In this document: in pieces, positions 1 through 32,240 of the stretch
Numbering within the stretch: the first letter of the stretch is position 1
How the letters are laid out: the number at the start of each line of letters is the position of its first letter
Source of the DNA: the human T2T-CHM13v2.0 reference genome, Homo sapiens
DNA length: 64,000 bases
Direction: 5' to 3' (one strand)
NCBI RefSeq assembly: GCF_009914755.1
Contig: NC_060931.1
Position numbers and translations under genes: made by a program
Notes under the pieces: generated by a model
Databases searched by the model: none
Seen by the model: the letters and a program-made list of their open reading frames with translations, nothing else
What the model was told of the DNA's origin: nothing

Positions 1-57
1 GCCTGGGTAACAGAGCAAGACTCTGTCTAAATAAATAAATAAATAAATAAATAAAAT
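1..57 (+). mobile_element. Alu 3' end with (AAAT)n tail
   Basis: gcctgggtaacagagcaagactctgtct followed by (aaat)n. Confidence 0.9.
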
Positions 58-640
58 CATGCAGACCTCATCCCCAGGAGGCAGTCTGAAATGGCTCAGG
101 AAAAAAAAAAAAAGCAGGTGAAATTTGTGCAGGGGGATCTCACCTGAACAAGGATCAGAAAGACAAGGGGTTGTCCCCAAACCTACCCACCCTCCTAGTG
201 GCAGCTGGACCCTGGACCCCCTCACCACCACCAGCCTACCCCATGCTATCCATCACCGGCCAGCTCATGTCCTAAACATCTCTGCATCCCTCCTCTCTCT
301 CCATCCACGCTGCTGCCTCACTGGTCCTGGCCACCACGGCTCTCTCAGCTAGGCTGCAGTCACTTCCAGGCTGGATTCCCCACCCCTGCCCTTGACCTTC
401 TCCTGTCCTCTACTCCACAAGGCAGCCAGAAGAATCTGCCAATGTATCCAGTCTTCTCTTGGGCTAGAGCCTTCTGGTGGCTTCCAATCTGCACCCATCC
501 AAGCCCTTTGTGTCAGGCACCATCTCATCTTCATAAATCCTGTTTCTATTGCCTGGAGGACTCCCCCAGCCCTAACTTCCCCTGTTCCTAAATGACATTT
601 CACCACCCTTCAGATCTCAATGTCACTTTTGACAGAAACC

Positions 641-1141
<501 letters not shown>

Positions 1142-1331
1142 TTACTAGAAGGGTCCAGACCAACACAAGAGCACTAGGAGCCAAAGATGAAATTCACAAA
1201 AGAGCAATTATGAGAAATGGGAGAAAGATGGAGGGACTGCAACATAGGGCTAATGGAAGTTTTAGAAAAACAGCAGAAAATCACAGAGAAGCAATATATG
1301 ATGGACAATCAATGAGAATTTTCAAAAACTA

Positions 1332-2725
<1,394 letters not shown>

Positions 2726-2749
2726 GAAGGGAAGGGAAGGGAAGACAAT

Positions 2750-3375
2750 TAAAAAAAAAAAAACAGGCAAAGAATATGAACAGGCAATTCACAGAAGGAA
2801 AACCCAAATGACCCACAAACATGAATAGATGTTCAACCACAATGACAATCAGAGAAATTGTAAAAATAAAGCAGCAACAATATATCATTTTACATTTATC
2901 AGCTAAGCAAAAGCTAAAGTCTGATAATCCCAATTATTGATGGGTGTGTAGAAAAAGGAGATTCTGACACATGCTGGTAGAGTGTCAGTTGGTATAAGCC
3001 CTTGGAGAGCAAAACAGAGATATTCACCACCCTCTTGTCCCAACCATTCCACATACTATTCTACGTAAATATCTTGCAGAGAGATTCCAGCACTAGTGCT
3101 ATAGAATACATTTACAGGAATGTTTATTGCAACATTGTTTAAAACAAGAGAAAAAACAGAAACAAAGTAAACGTTCACCAACAGGAGACTGGATAAACAA
3201 AGTATAATGTATAATGGAATATGTTGTAGCAGTTAAAATAAATAAAGAAAAGCTACATGTATCATTATAGTCTACGTAGTATCAACTTGGATAAACCTCA
3301 AAAGTCATTAGTAGTGAGCAAAAAAAGCAGGTTGCAGAAGGATACATACAATATGATACCAGTTATATACAATGT
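2750..3375 (+). mobile_element. Old L1M (L1ME-like) ORF2 3' end / 3' UTR fragment
   Basis: ggcaaagaatatgaacaggcaattcacagaa...aatgtttattgcaacattgttt...ggataaacaaa, typical L1 3' sequence. Confidence 0.8.
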
Positions 3376-3394
3376 TTATGGTTCAACTTTTCCA

Positions 3395-5470
<2,076 letters not shown>

Positions 5471-5569
5471 TTATGGAGTTTCAAAACATGGTTAACAGGA
5501 TAGAGCTTTTCGTGTTAGGGAGAAAGAAAGGGGAATTTAGATAGATAAAATTCTTTAATTTTTTCAAGA

Positions 5570-8958
<3,389 letters not shown>

Positions 8959-9225
8959 AGTTTCCAGAATATTAAAGAGCTTCTGTTGGGTTAGGCTTAG
9001 GAACAGGCAAAATAATAACAACAACAATTTTCCTCTGTTGGGCACTTCCCATTGGCCAGAACTGTACTCAGAACCAACACACATCACCCAGAATCCTTAT
9101 AACAACCCCAATTTATAGATGGAAAAGTTGAAGCATGGAGGTATGAGTAGCAGGGGTGTGGAGGGCCTGCAACCTCTATCTTCCACCAGGTCAACCTTTT
9201 GGTTCTTAGAAACTGTGCAGGCAGG

Positions 9226-9996
<771 letters not shown>

Positions 9997-10629
9997 TTAA
10001 GACCAAAAAGAAAGAAAAAAAAAATGCTGAAAGGGCACAAGCTGAGGAGTGGGGAGGAGAGGAGAAGAGGCAGATGGAAGTGAGCCCAGGTGCAGAGAGA
10101 GATAGGAGGGAAAGACTGAGTGGCCTCTTGTCCTGCTGCAGCCTTTCCTATGGACAGCCTGGAGCTGTCATCCTCACCATGGTGCCTAGTGTTCCCTCAC
10201 TGATCTGACTCATAGGTGTTCCTTTACCACCTCTGCCTGCTCAGTCCTGGGGCAGCCCTGGGGAGACCCAAGGAAAGCTGGGTCCACGTGCACCTTTCCT
10301 CCTAACCTCCTCTAGCCTCAGTCTCCCCATCTGTAGAAAGGGCACATGAATCCCTACCTCTCCAGAGGATCAGACGCAACAATGTACCCACGGGCACCAC
10401 AGAGAAGCCCTGGACACACACCCGTTTCCTTCTTTTCCTCCTTCATAAGTCAGGAAAGAGTACAGAATACAAGCCATAAAGGGAGCCTGCCCTTAAGCCA
10501 GACTGCCAAAGAATTGCTTTGTCCATGCATTCATTCATTCATTCATTCATTCATTCATTCAACAGATACTTCCTGAGCATCTACTGTGTGCCAGGAAGAG
10601 CACTGAGGCTTTCCTTTCCTAAAGGCATT

Positions 10630-12801
<2,172 letters not shown>

Positions 12802-12899
12802 TAAACATGTATTCAGTCTGTACCTACTGTTCTAGGGACTGTGGACAGAGCACTGAGCAAGATAGGAAAAAACCAGCATGCACTCTGGGTGAGTGTCAG

Positions 12900-13048
12900 C
12901 AGAGCCGGTCTCAGGGGGCATGAGCCATGCAATTACACACTCGGTTTCATGCTGTACGGTGGCCATTTTGAAATCCTTAATAATTTTTCAACAAGAGCCC
13001 TCAAGTTTCATTTTGGAACGGGCCCTGCAAATTATGTAGCCGGTCCTG
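12900..13048 (+). mobile_element. MER91A-like hAT-Tip100 non-autonomous DNA transposon
   Basis: Imperfect TIRs cagagccggt...agccggtcctg; 8-bp TSD agtgtcag/tgtgtcag; internal ttgaaatccttaataatttttcaacaag. Confidence 0.8.
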
Positions 13049-13158
13049 TGTGTCAGGCCAAACTAGCAGATAAGGAAATGAGGCACAGAGAGGGAAATAA
13101 GTCCACCAAGGTTCACACAGGATGCAAGCCACACAGCTGGGATTGAAACCCAGGTTAG

Positions 13159-14200
<1,042 letters not shown>

Positions 14201-14430
14201 TCATGTGGCAGGAACTACAGGAGCTGGGGTGGGTAATCCATTTAGGCCACTTGACAAACACCTATTTTTAGGTCAACTCTGAGAATAGAAAGATGAAAAA
14301 GGAGTGGCCTCTGCCATCCTGGAGCTAAGCAACTGGTATAAGGGAAGTGACAGCCCCCATGGAATCGGACCATTTCAACTTCATGCGATGAATGACAGGT
14401 CAGGGCTTCTGGGCATGACCATAGGAATGA

Positions 14431-16347
<1,917 letters not shown>

Positions 16348-16623
16348 GAGACCATGATCTTAACGAGCATATGGCCCTGCCCCAAAGAACTGTGGACATA
16401 CAGATGAGAGGCAGGTACCCCACACTGCTGGGAAAAATCACAGAAAGCTTCCCGGAGGAGGTGATGACAGAGGTGAAATAAATATGGATCTGTCAGCCTG
16501 TACAAGGGTCAGAGGCCATGAGAGAGTATGGAAGAGGGAGAGAGATCTTTCACTGGAGGGTAAAGTACTAGGCTGGGAATGGTGGCAGATGGGACCAGAG
16601 ATATAAGCAAAGACCACACCACA

Positions 16624-17590
<967 letters not shown>

Positions 17591-17599
17591 ATTTTTTTT

Positions 17600-18470
<871 letters not shown>

Positions 18471-18745
18471 ATTTTATTTATTTATTTTATAGAGACAGGC
18501 TTTCACTGTATTGGCCAAATTTGTCTCAAACTCCTGGCCTCGAGCGATCCTCCCACCTTGGCCTCCCAAAGTGCGGAGATTAGACATGAGCTATATAGTA
18601 CCCGGCCAAAAAGCTTAATTTTAAAACATTGAACAGAGAACAGGATCTTTTGGAAAGCTGAAGAAATAAAGTCTAGGCTTAAAGTTATAGGACCCTTACC
18701 CAGCACCATGGGGCAGAACTGTCCTGATAAGAAAATGAAGCTGTG

Positions 18746-19142
18746 GGCCAGGCACAGTGGCTGATGCCTGTAATCCCAGCACTTTGGGAGGCTGAGGTGG
18801 GTGGATCACTTAAGGTCAGGAGTTCGAGACCAGCCTAGCCAACATGGTGAACCCCCATCTCCGCTATACAAAAATTAGCCGGGTGTGGTGGGGGGCGCCT
18901 GTAGTCCCAGCTACTTGGGAGTCTAAGGCATGAAAATCACTTGAATCTAGGAGGCGGAGATTGCAGTGAGCTGAGATCACACCACTGAACTCCAGCCTGG
19001 GCAACAGAGCAAGACTCTGTCTCAAAAAAAAAGAGAGAGAGGGAGGGAGGGAAGGAGAGAGGGAGGGAGGGAGGAAGGAAGGAAGGAAGGAAGGAAGGAA
19101 GGAAGGAAGGAAGGAAGGAAGGAAGGAAAGAAAGAAGGAAGG
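18746..19142 (+). mobile_element. AluS with a (GGAA)n tail
   Basis: TSD aagaaaatgaagctgtgg on both sides. Confidence 0.92.
19073..19128 (+). repeat. (GGAA)14 microsatellite
   Basis: Direct count of uninterrupted units. Confidence 0.95.
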
Positions 19143-19310
19143 AAGAAAATGAAGCTGTGGCAGCTTCCACAGCCACACCTTCTCCAGGACTTCACCTTTC
19201 TAAATGTCAAGTTGTATTTTCCCAAAATGGCTACAAAAGTAACTTCATCCAACATGCTCTTCTGCAAAGTAACTTTGTCCTCCTCCATCAAGAAGCAGGG
19301 TCTATGACCC

Positions 19311-19700
19311 TGTCTTAGTCTGTTTTTGTTGCTATAAAGGAATACCTGAGGCTGGGTGATTTATAAAGGCTCGTGGTTCTGCAGGCTGTACAAGAAGCAT
19401 GGTGCCAGCATCTGCTGCTAGTGAGGACCGCAGGAAGCTTCCTATCATAGTGGAAGATGAAGGGGGGCCGACAAGATCACGTGGTGAGCAACAGACATGC
19501 CAGGTTCTTTCAAAGATCCAGCTCTTTGAAAGAATGAGTGAAAAGAGCAAGAATTCACTCATTACCACAGGGAGGGCACCAAGCCATTCATGAGGCATCT
19601 GCCCCCATGACCCAAACACCTCCCACTTGGCCTCATCTCCAATACTGGGGATCACATTTCAACACGAGATTTAGAGGGGACAAATATTCAGACTATATCA
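19311..19700 (-). mobile_element. MSTB-like solo LTR
   Basis: TG...CA ends (tgtcttagtc...gactatatca), 5-bp TSD gaccc/gcccc, and MST-type internal sequence. Confidence 0.85.
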
Positions 19701-21139
19701 GCCCCCTCCCCTAACTCAAGCTGGGGTTGTACCTGTTTCAACCCAGAGAATACCATGCAGGTGACATCCCTATGATTTCTTTTTTTGTGTGTTGTTTTGA
19801 GATGGAGTCTTGCTCCGTTGCCCAGGCTGGAGTGCAGGGGCGCAACCTCGGCTCACTGCAACCTCTGCCTCCTGGGTTCAAGCAATTCTCATGCTTCAGC
19901 TCCCGAGTAGCTGAGACTGTAGACATGCACCACCACGCCTGGCTAATTTTTGTATTTTCAGTAGAGACAGAGTTTCACCATCTTGACCAGGCTGGTGTCA
20001 AACTCCTGGCCTCAAGTGATCTGCCCACCTCAGCCTCGCAAAGTGCTGGGATTATAGGCACGCACCACCACACCCAGCTAATTTTTGTATTTTTAGTAGA
20101 GACGGAGTTTCACCATGTTGGCCAGGCTGGTGTCAAACTCCTGGTCTCAAATGATCCACCCACCTCAGCCTCTCAAAGTGGTGGGATTACAGGCTTGAGC
20201 CACCGCGTCCAGCAGCCACCGCACCCAGCTTGATTTCTGAGGTTAGGTCATAAAAGGCCATGTGGCTTCCAGCTGACTTTCTTGGCACATTTGCTCTCCA
20301 GACTCTCCCTGCGATATCCTCTCTGGGAATCCAGCTGCCAAGCTGTGAGAAGCCCTAGCCCCATGGAGAGAGGCACCCGTCAACCAGGCTTCAGACACAG
20401 AGTAAAGAAGCTTCCAGGCGACCCCAGCCCCCAGGCATCCAAATCACCGCCAGCATTCAGGTCTTTCCAAGTAAAGGCCAGATACCACAGAGCAAAGACA
20501 AACTGTTCTCACAGGCCCTGTCTGAATTAGCAACCTATAGAATTTGTGAGTTCAGGCCAGGCACGGTGGCCCACACCTGTAATTCTAACACTTTGGGAGG
20601 CAGACGTGGGAGAATCACTTGAGATCAGGAGTTTGAGACCAGTCTGGGCAACATGATGAAACTCCATCTCTACCAAAAAATACAAATATTAGCCAGGTGT
20701 GGTGGTGTGTGCCTGTAGACCCAGCTACTTGTGAGGCTAAGGTGGGAGGATCGCTTGAGGCTGCAGGGAACCGTGATGACGCCACTGCACTCCAGCCTGG
20801 GTAAGAGTGAGACCCTGTCTCAAAAAAAAAAAGAATTCTCCAGCACTTTGGGAGGCCGAGGCGGGAGGATCACCTGAGATCAGGACTTCCAGACCAGCCT
20901 GGCCAACATGGTGAAACCCCGTCTCTACTAAAAATACAAAAAAAAAATTAACTGGGCATTGTGGTGTGCACCTGTAATCCCAGCTACTCGGGAGGCTGAG
21001 GCATGAGAATTGCTTGAGGCAGAGGTTGCAGTGACTGAGATTGTGCTACGGCACTCCAGCCTGGGTGATGGAGTGAGGCTTCGTCTCAAAAAAAAAAAAA
21101 AAAGAAGAATTAATGAGTTAATATAATGTCATGTCCTAT

Positions 21140-21185
21140 TTTCCTTCCTTCCTGCTTTTTCTTTCTTCTTTCTTTCTTTCTTTCC

Positions 21186-21236
<51 letters not shown>

Positions 21237-21367
21237 CTTTTTCTTTCTTTCTTTCTTTCTTTCTCTTTCTCTCTCTCTTTCATCTTTTCTTTCTTTCGTC
21301 TTTGTTTTCTTTCTTTGGCCTTTCCTTTCTTTCTTTTGTCTTTCTTTTCTTTCATTCTTTCTTTTTG
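21140..21367 (+). repeat. (TTTC)n polypyrimidine tail of a minus-strand AluJ
   Basis: Direct inspection. Confidence 0.92.
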
Positions 21368-21368
21368 A

Positions 21369-21518
<150 letters not shown>

Positions 21519-21992
21519 TAAAAAAATGTTTTAAGACAGGATCTTGCTAGTCTCAAACTCCTGGTCTCAAGCAATCCTCCCATCTCAGCCTCCCAAGTTG
21601 TTGGGATTACAGGCATGAGCCACCGTGCTTAGAGGCATAAGCCACTGCACCGGGCTATTTTGTCATTTTTCTCCACTAAGTGTGAGCTATGTAGTATACA
21701 GTAATTGTTACCAGACAAATCCCTGCTGCCTTCTCTGAAATCCCATCCATGAACCTTGTGCTCACTTCTGAACCTGAGCCATACACAGGTCTGATGTGCC
21801 TGCATCTTAGCCACAGGGAGGCTGCAGAAGCTCACCTTGTGAAGACAAAGCTTGTGACATGGGAAATCATCAAAATCTATGCCGGGCGGCCGCCATGCAC
21901 AGAAGGCCACTAGGTCAGACCAAGTGTGGACTAACGGTAGCCTGTAACAGAAGAGACCTCCCCTCATCGCACCCAGCCCCATCATGATTTGA

Positions 21993-22280
<288 letters not shown>

Positions 22281-22516
22281 TGAACTCAAGTGATCCGCCT
22301 GCCTCGACCTCCCAAAGTGCTGCCAAAATATTAGCATTTTGACCAGGCACAGTGGTTCACATCTGTAATCCCAGCACTTTGTGAGGCTGAGGCAGGCAGA
22401 TCACCTGAGGTCAGGAGTTCGAGACAAGCCTGGTCAACATGGTGAAACCCCGTCTCTACCAAAAATACAAAAATTAGCTGGGCATGATGACGCGCGCCTG
22501 TAGCTCCAGCTACTCA

Positions 22517-22699
<183 letters not shown>

Positions 22700-22809
22700 T
22701 CACTTGAGGTCAGGGGTTCCAGACTAGCCTGGCCAACACAGTGAAACCCTGTCTCTGCTGTAAAAAAAAATTAGCTGGGCGTGGTAGCGCATGCCTGTAA
22801 TCTCAGCTA

Positions 22810-22917
<108 letters not shown>

Positions 22918-22937
22918 TCAGAAAAAAAAAAAAAAAG

Positions 22938-23235
22938 TGTTTCAACATATAATCAATATTTTTAAATTATTAATAAAATACTTTGAAGTTTTTTCATAAT
23001 AATCTTTGCAATCCAGGGTTCATTTTACACATGATAGCACATCTCAGTTTGGATGCTTAATTTTCATTCACAATACTCGATCTGTATTTAGAGTTCATAG
23101 ATTTACATAAGTAAATTGTTTCAAAGTCCTGTGACCAATTTGTCTTCCTGGAGAATGTCCTGGTTTCAAAAATGAAAGTCTTACATCTTGAAATTCTCCT
23201 TGGTCCCAGGAAAATCAGGGCAGTTGGTCAACCTC
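22938..23235. mobile_element. hAT fragments: MER33-like (22938-23110) and MER94-like (23130-23235)
   Basis: tttcaacatataatcaatat...atagcacatctcagtttgga; gtgaccaa...ttggtcaacct inverted ends. Subfamily names are from memory. Confidence 0.6.
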
Positions 23236-23501
23236 TTCCAAACATACTTGGAGATTTTTCTTTTTTTTTTTTTTTTTTTCTTTGAGACATAGTCTCACTC
23301 ACTCTGTCGCCCAGGCTGGAGTGCAGTGGCGCCATCTTGGCTCACTGCAACCGCCATCTCTCAGGTTGAGGTGATTCTCCTGCCTCAGCCTCCCTAGTAG
23401 CTGGGATTACAGGCACATGCGACCATTCCCAGCTAATTTTTTTGTAATTTTAGTAGAGACAGGATCTCACCATATTGACCAGGTTAGTCTCGAACTCTTG
23501 A

Positions 23502-24088
<587 letters not shown>

Positions 24089-24094
24089 TAGTAG

Positions 24095-24868
<774 letters not shown>

Positions 24869-25016
24869 TCATAGCTAACCACTAGGAAGTTCTATAAGTG
24901 AGGGAGGGCCTTAAGAACATACTCTGAGCTGGAAGTGTCAAGTTGGAGGCCCTTGACATTAGAAGCCAGAGACTGGGTACACCCACATAGTGAGAGAAGG
25001 TGAGGGCTGCGGGGAT

Positions 25017-26050
<1,034 letters not shown>

Positions 26051-26408
26051 AAAGACCAGAAAAGGGCAGTGCTAAGGAACCCAAAGAGGAGGGAATTCTA
26101 CCAGGACGGTGCCCATCCAACACTTGTGTTACCTTGGGAGCCAGTACCTCCTTAAATTCAGGGCCCAAAGTGCCTCAACTTGCTTCACCCCAATTCCAGC
26201 CTGAATCCTCAGGACTTGGCAACTCAGAGGTCAATTTCCTTAACACCCCAACATGAATTTCGGAAGTTAGTTTCACAGAAATCTTAAGCACCAAATACAA
26301 CTGAGCGAAAGCAATTCTGCAAGTCAAAAACAAGGTGGTCTAAATTTGCAAACTTTATGGCAGTCTGGCTTGATGAAATATAAAGCCCACAATGCTTTTA
26401 AACAGTTT

Positions 26409-29910
<3,502 letters not shown>

Positions 29911-30948
29911 ATAAAGTGGGAGGGGGATATGCATGCTCTAAGATCTATCTACCACAGATTACAGGCTTTTCACCCTTTTGTGGAAATGACAAAACCTAGT
30001 ATGTTCCTACCTAACAGAGGAGGGCTGAGGGAAGGTGAGGGAGCACAACTGCAATTTTCCCCTGAAAGAGAGTTCTCAGCCTGCCCTGGCAGATAGATCT
30101 CACCCATCGCGTCCCCAGATTACTCTGCCAAAGGTGGAAGCACCAATCACTTTAACCCAGAACATTTCAAAACCAGACAGCCATGAAGGAGGAACCTCTG
30201 TGGTCCCGGCGCGTGGGCCCTGGGGTTGGAAGTGCCTCAGACGCACTTTACATTTTCCCCGAATTCACCCTTCGCAGTCCCCATCACCCCCTCTCCAGTG
30301 GGATAAATGGCCACCTCATTAGCTCTGCACACATGACCCTCCCGACCTGACTCCTGGTGACTATGCCTGCCTTATCTCTTTTCTCTCCTCCCTCACATTT
30401 TCCGCTGCAACAAAGCCAAACACAGCACCGTGGGGGCTTTCACGCTTCTGTGCCCTAGGACACGCTGTTCCTGCAGCCTGGAAGGCCTCTGTCCTCCATC
30501 CGCGCGCCCTCACTCTCTTGCTACGAACTCCCATTCATCCTTCAAAACCCAGCCTGAGTGTCCCCTCCCCCGGGTCACCCCCTTTGACCTGTCAATCCCC
30601 TCCCTCCGGGTCCCCAGCAAGCTTTTCGGTTTGGCTTCTCTGCACTCTCATGACCGATTGCCCTACATCTTGGCGCTCCCAGACTCGGGCCTTCTCCAGC
30701 ACCGGAGTCGTCTGGTTTGCTCGCTTTACACTCCAAGCACCTAGTACCGAGCCTGACTGGGTGCCAGAGGGCGCGCCTAGGCTCAGGCTGGCTCCACCCG
30801 CCCCGTGCCTCCCCTCGGCCTTCCCCTTAGTCCTGAGGGTGCCCGCGCTCCTGCATTTCCCGTGCACCGGGCTGCCGGTAGCTCCGGCCGCCCAGCCCCC
30901 GCGGCAGCAACAGCAGCAACAGCACCGGGGGAGCCCCCCCCCCAGGCG

Positions 30949-30969
30949 GACTACAAGTCCCGGCAGGCC
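30949..30969 (+). promoter_or_regulatory. ZNF143/THAP11 (SBS2, GFY-Staf)-type motif GACTACAAGTCCCGGCAGGCC
   Basis: Close match to ACTACAnnTCCCAnnAnGC at a typical promoter-proximal position. Confidence 0.75.
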
Positions 30970-30979
30970 GCGCGCGGGC

Positions 30980-30991
30980 CGCGCATGCGCA
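30980..30991 (+). promoter_or_regulatory. NRF1 site CGCGCATGCGCA
   Basis: Full match to YGCGCAYGCGCR inside the CpG island. Confidence 0.75.
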
Positions 30992-31287
30992 GCGGGGACC
31001 GGCGTTTGAGTGGCAAGTTGTTTGTTACAGCGAACACCAGCTGCTCCCCGCGCCGGGCGCCGCGCGCCGCTGCTCCGCCGCTCGGCCCCTCGGCTGCTGC
31101 TCCGCCGGCGCTGCCTCCCTCGCCCCGCGGCTCCCCCTTGCAACTTGGCGGGCCTCCTCCCTTTTGTCCGGCCCGGCCCGGCCGCCGCCGCCCCCCGCGC
31201 CCGGCGCCGAGCTCCCGGGTCTCCGGGCCGGCTGTCGGTGCCGGCAGGGCGCGGAGGGGGCGGGGGCCGCGGCTCGTCCCCCCGCGG

Positions 31288-31401
31288 ATGAGCCGCCGCG
31301 GACGGGGCGCGGGCGGACGATGGAACTCCACATCCTGGAGCACCGGCTGCAAGTTGCCAGCGTCGCCAAGGAGAGTATCCCGCTGTTCACCTACGGCCTG
31401 A
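31288..31401 (+). other. Overlapping out-of-frame uORF, 37 aa (MSRRGRGAGGRWNSTSWSTGCKLPASPRRVSRCSPTA)
   Basis: It starts at the only ATG between 31000 and the main start, 32 nt upstream and in weak context (cggATGa). Its TGA at 31399-31401 lies inside the CDS. Translation is not demonstrated. Confidence 0.55.
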
Positions 31402-31432
31402 TCAAACTTGCCTTCCTGTCCTCCAAGACCAG
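31320..31432 (+). CDS. CASTOR2: CASTOR2 (GATSL2) coding exon 1: 37 codons plus 2 nt of Arg38 (phase 2)
   Basis: The translation MELHILEHRLQVASVAKESIPLFTYGLIKLAFLSSKT(R) matches the recalled CASTOR2 N-terminus (CASTOR1 reads MELHILEHRVRVLSVAR). The ATG is in strong Kozak context (acgATGg) and the exon ends at a canonical donor. A near-identical duplicated copy cannot be excluded without alignment. Confidence 0.93.
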
Positions 31433-31438
31433 GTAAGC
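31431..31438 (+). promoter_or_regulatory. CASTOR2: 5' splice donor of intron 1 (AG|GTAAGC)
   Basis: Near-consensus U2-type donor. Unspliced readthrough hits TAA immediately at 31434-31436. Confidence 0.92.
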
Positions 31439-32183
31439 GCGCGGGGACGCGGCGCCGGCCGGGGACAGACAAAGGGGGCGCACCCCGGGCCGCTGTCCTC
31501 GCCGCCGCGCCTCGGAAAACAACTTCGGGCCCCGGGAGCGCCCCCGCCCCGCCCCCGCCGCCGCTTCGCTCGCGTCTGACAAAGCCGGAGCCGCAGGGTC
31601 CTGGCTCCCGGACCCCTCGCAACCTTCCACCCCCCGGTGCGCCACCCCCCACCTCTGTCGTCCCCCCCATCTCCCACCCCCTCCCCCATCGCAGCCCCCT
31701 CCCCGAAATCCGGGGGGCTGGGGCGGCTGCAGTGACGGATCCGTGAATGGATGAAGGAACGAACGAATGAATGAATGAAAAACAGGTGTGGGGACGAGGC
31801 CGTGGAAAAAACAAACGCCCCCATCCCCCCATCCCTCGGTTGGGCCGGCCCCGTCGCCACGGCGGGGGGAGGGATTCCGCTGAGCGCGGTTACCCAGAGC
31901 AGAAAATCATAAAATCATTAGTGGGTGTTTATCTCAAGGTGCCTACGAGGCTTGCTGCGGACGGCCTGGAATTGCGGGGGGGAAACGGGGGGTGGGCGAG
32001 GGCCAGGGAGGGGCTGCAGAGGACGTGATTCTTTCTCCTTGGGGTCCTGGAAAGGGGGTGGGGGGGTGTTTTGCCCAACCGTAGAAGGGGAGGAGCAGGC
32101 ATGTTTATGCATCTGCCTTGAGGCTGGGCTTGGATGCTGCAGGGGGAAAAATAGTTGAAGGCCTTGGAAGGTAAAAGAGGGAA

Positions 32184-32184
<1 letters not shown>

Positions 32185-32220
<36 letters not shown>

Positions 32221-32240
32221 CTCTCTCTCTCTCTCTCTCT
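32185..32240 (+). repeat. Compound microsatellite (CA)16(CT)12
   Basis: Direct count. Confidence 0.95.

Larger units (their letters stand above)
30650..32030. promoter_or_regulatory. CASTOR2: CpG island / CASTOR2 promoter and GC-rich 5' UTR (TSS inferred around 31.0-31.1 kb)
   Basis: Sharp rise in GC content and CpG density, absence of Alus, multiple GC boxes, and it surrounds coding exon 1. Confidence 0.9.

Noticed and set aside
30904-30924. CAG/CAA run resembling polyQ
   Set aside because: Only about 7 interrupted triplets, upstream of the inferred TSS and not in the coding frame of any supported gene.
31164-31319. In-frame N-terminal extension of CASTOR2 from TTG at 31164
   Set aside because: Near-cognate codon in poor context. 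An open frame is expected in a GC-rich UTR and there is no supporting evidence.
30518-31860. Long ORFs in the CpG island (293 aa minus; 198, 183 and 163 aa)
   Set aside because: High GC depletes stop codons. The products are low-complexity Gly/Arg/Pro/Ala with no recognisable domain.
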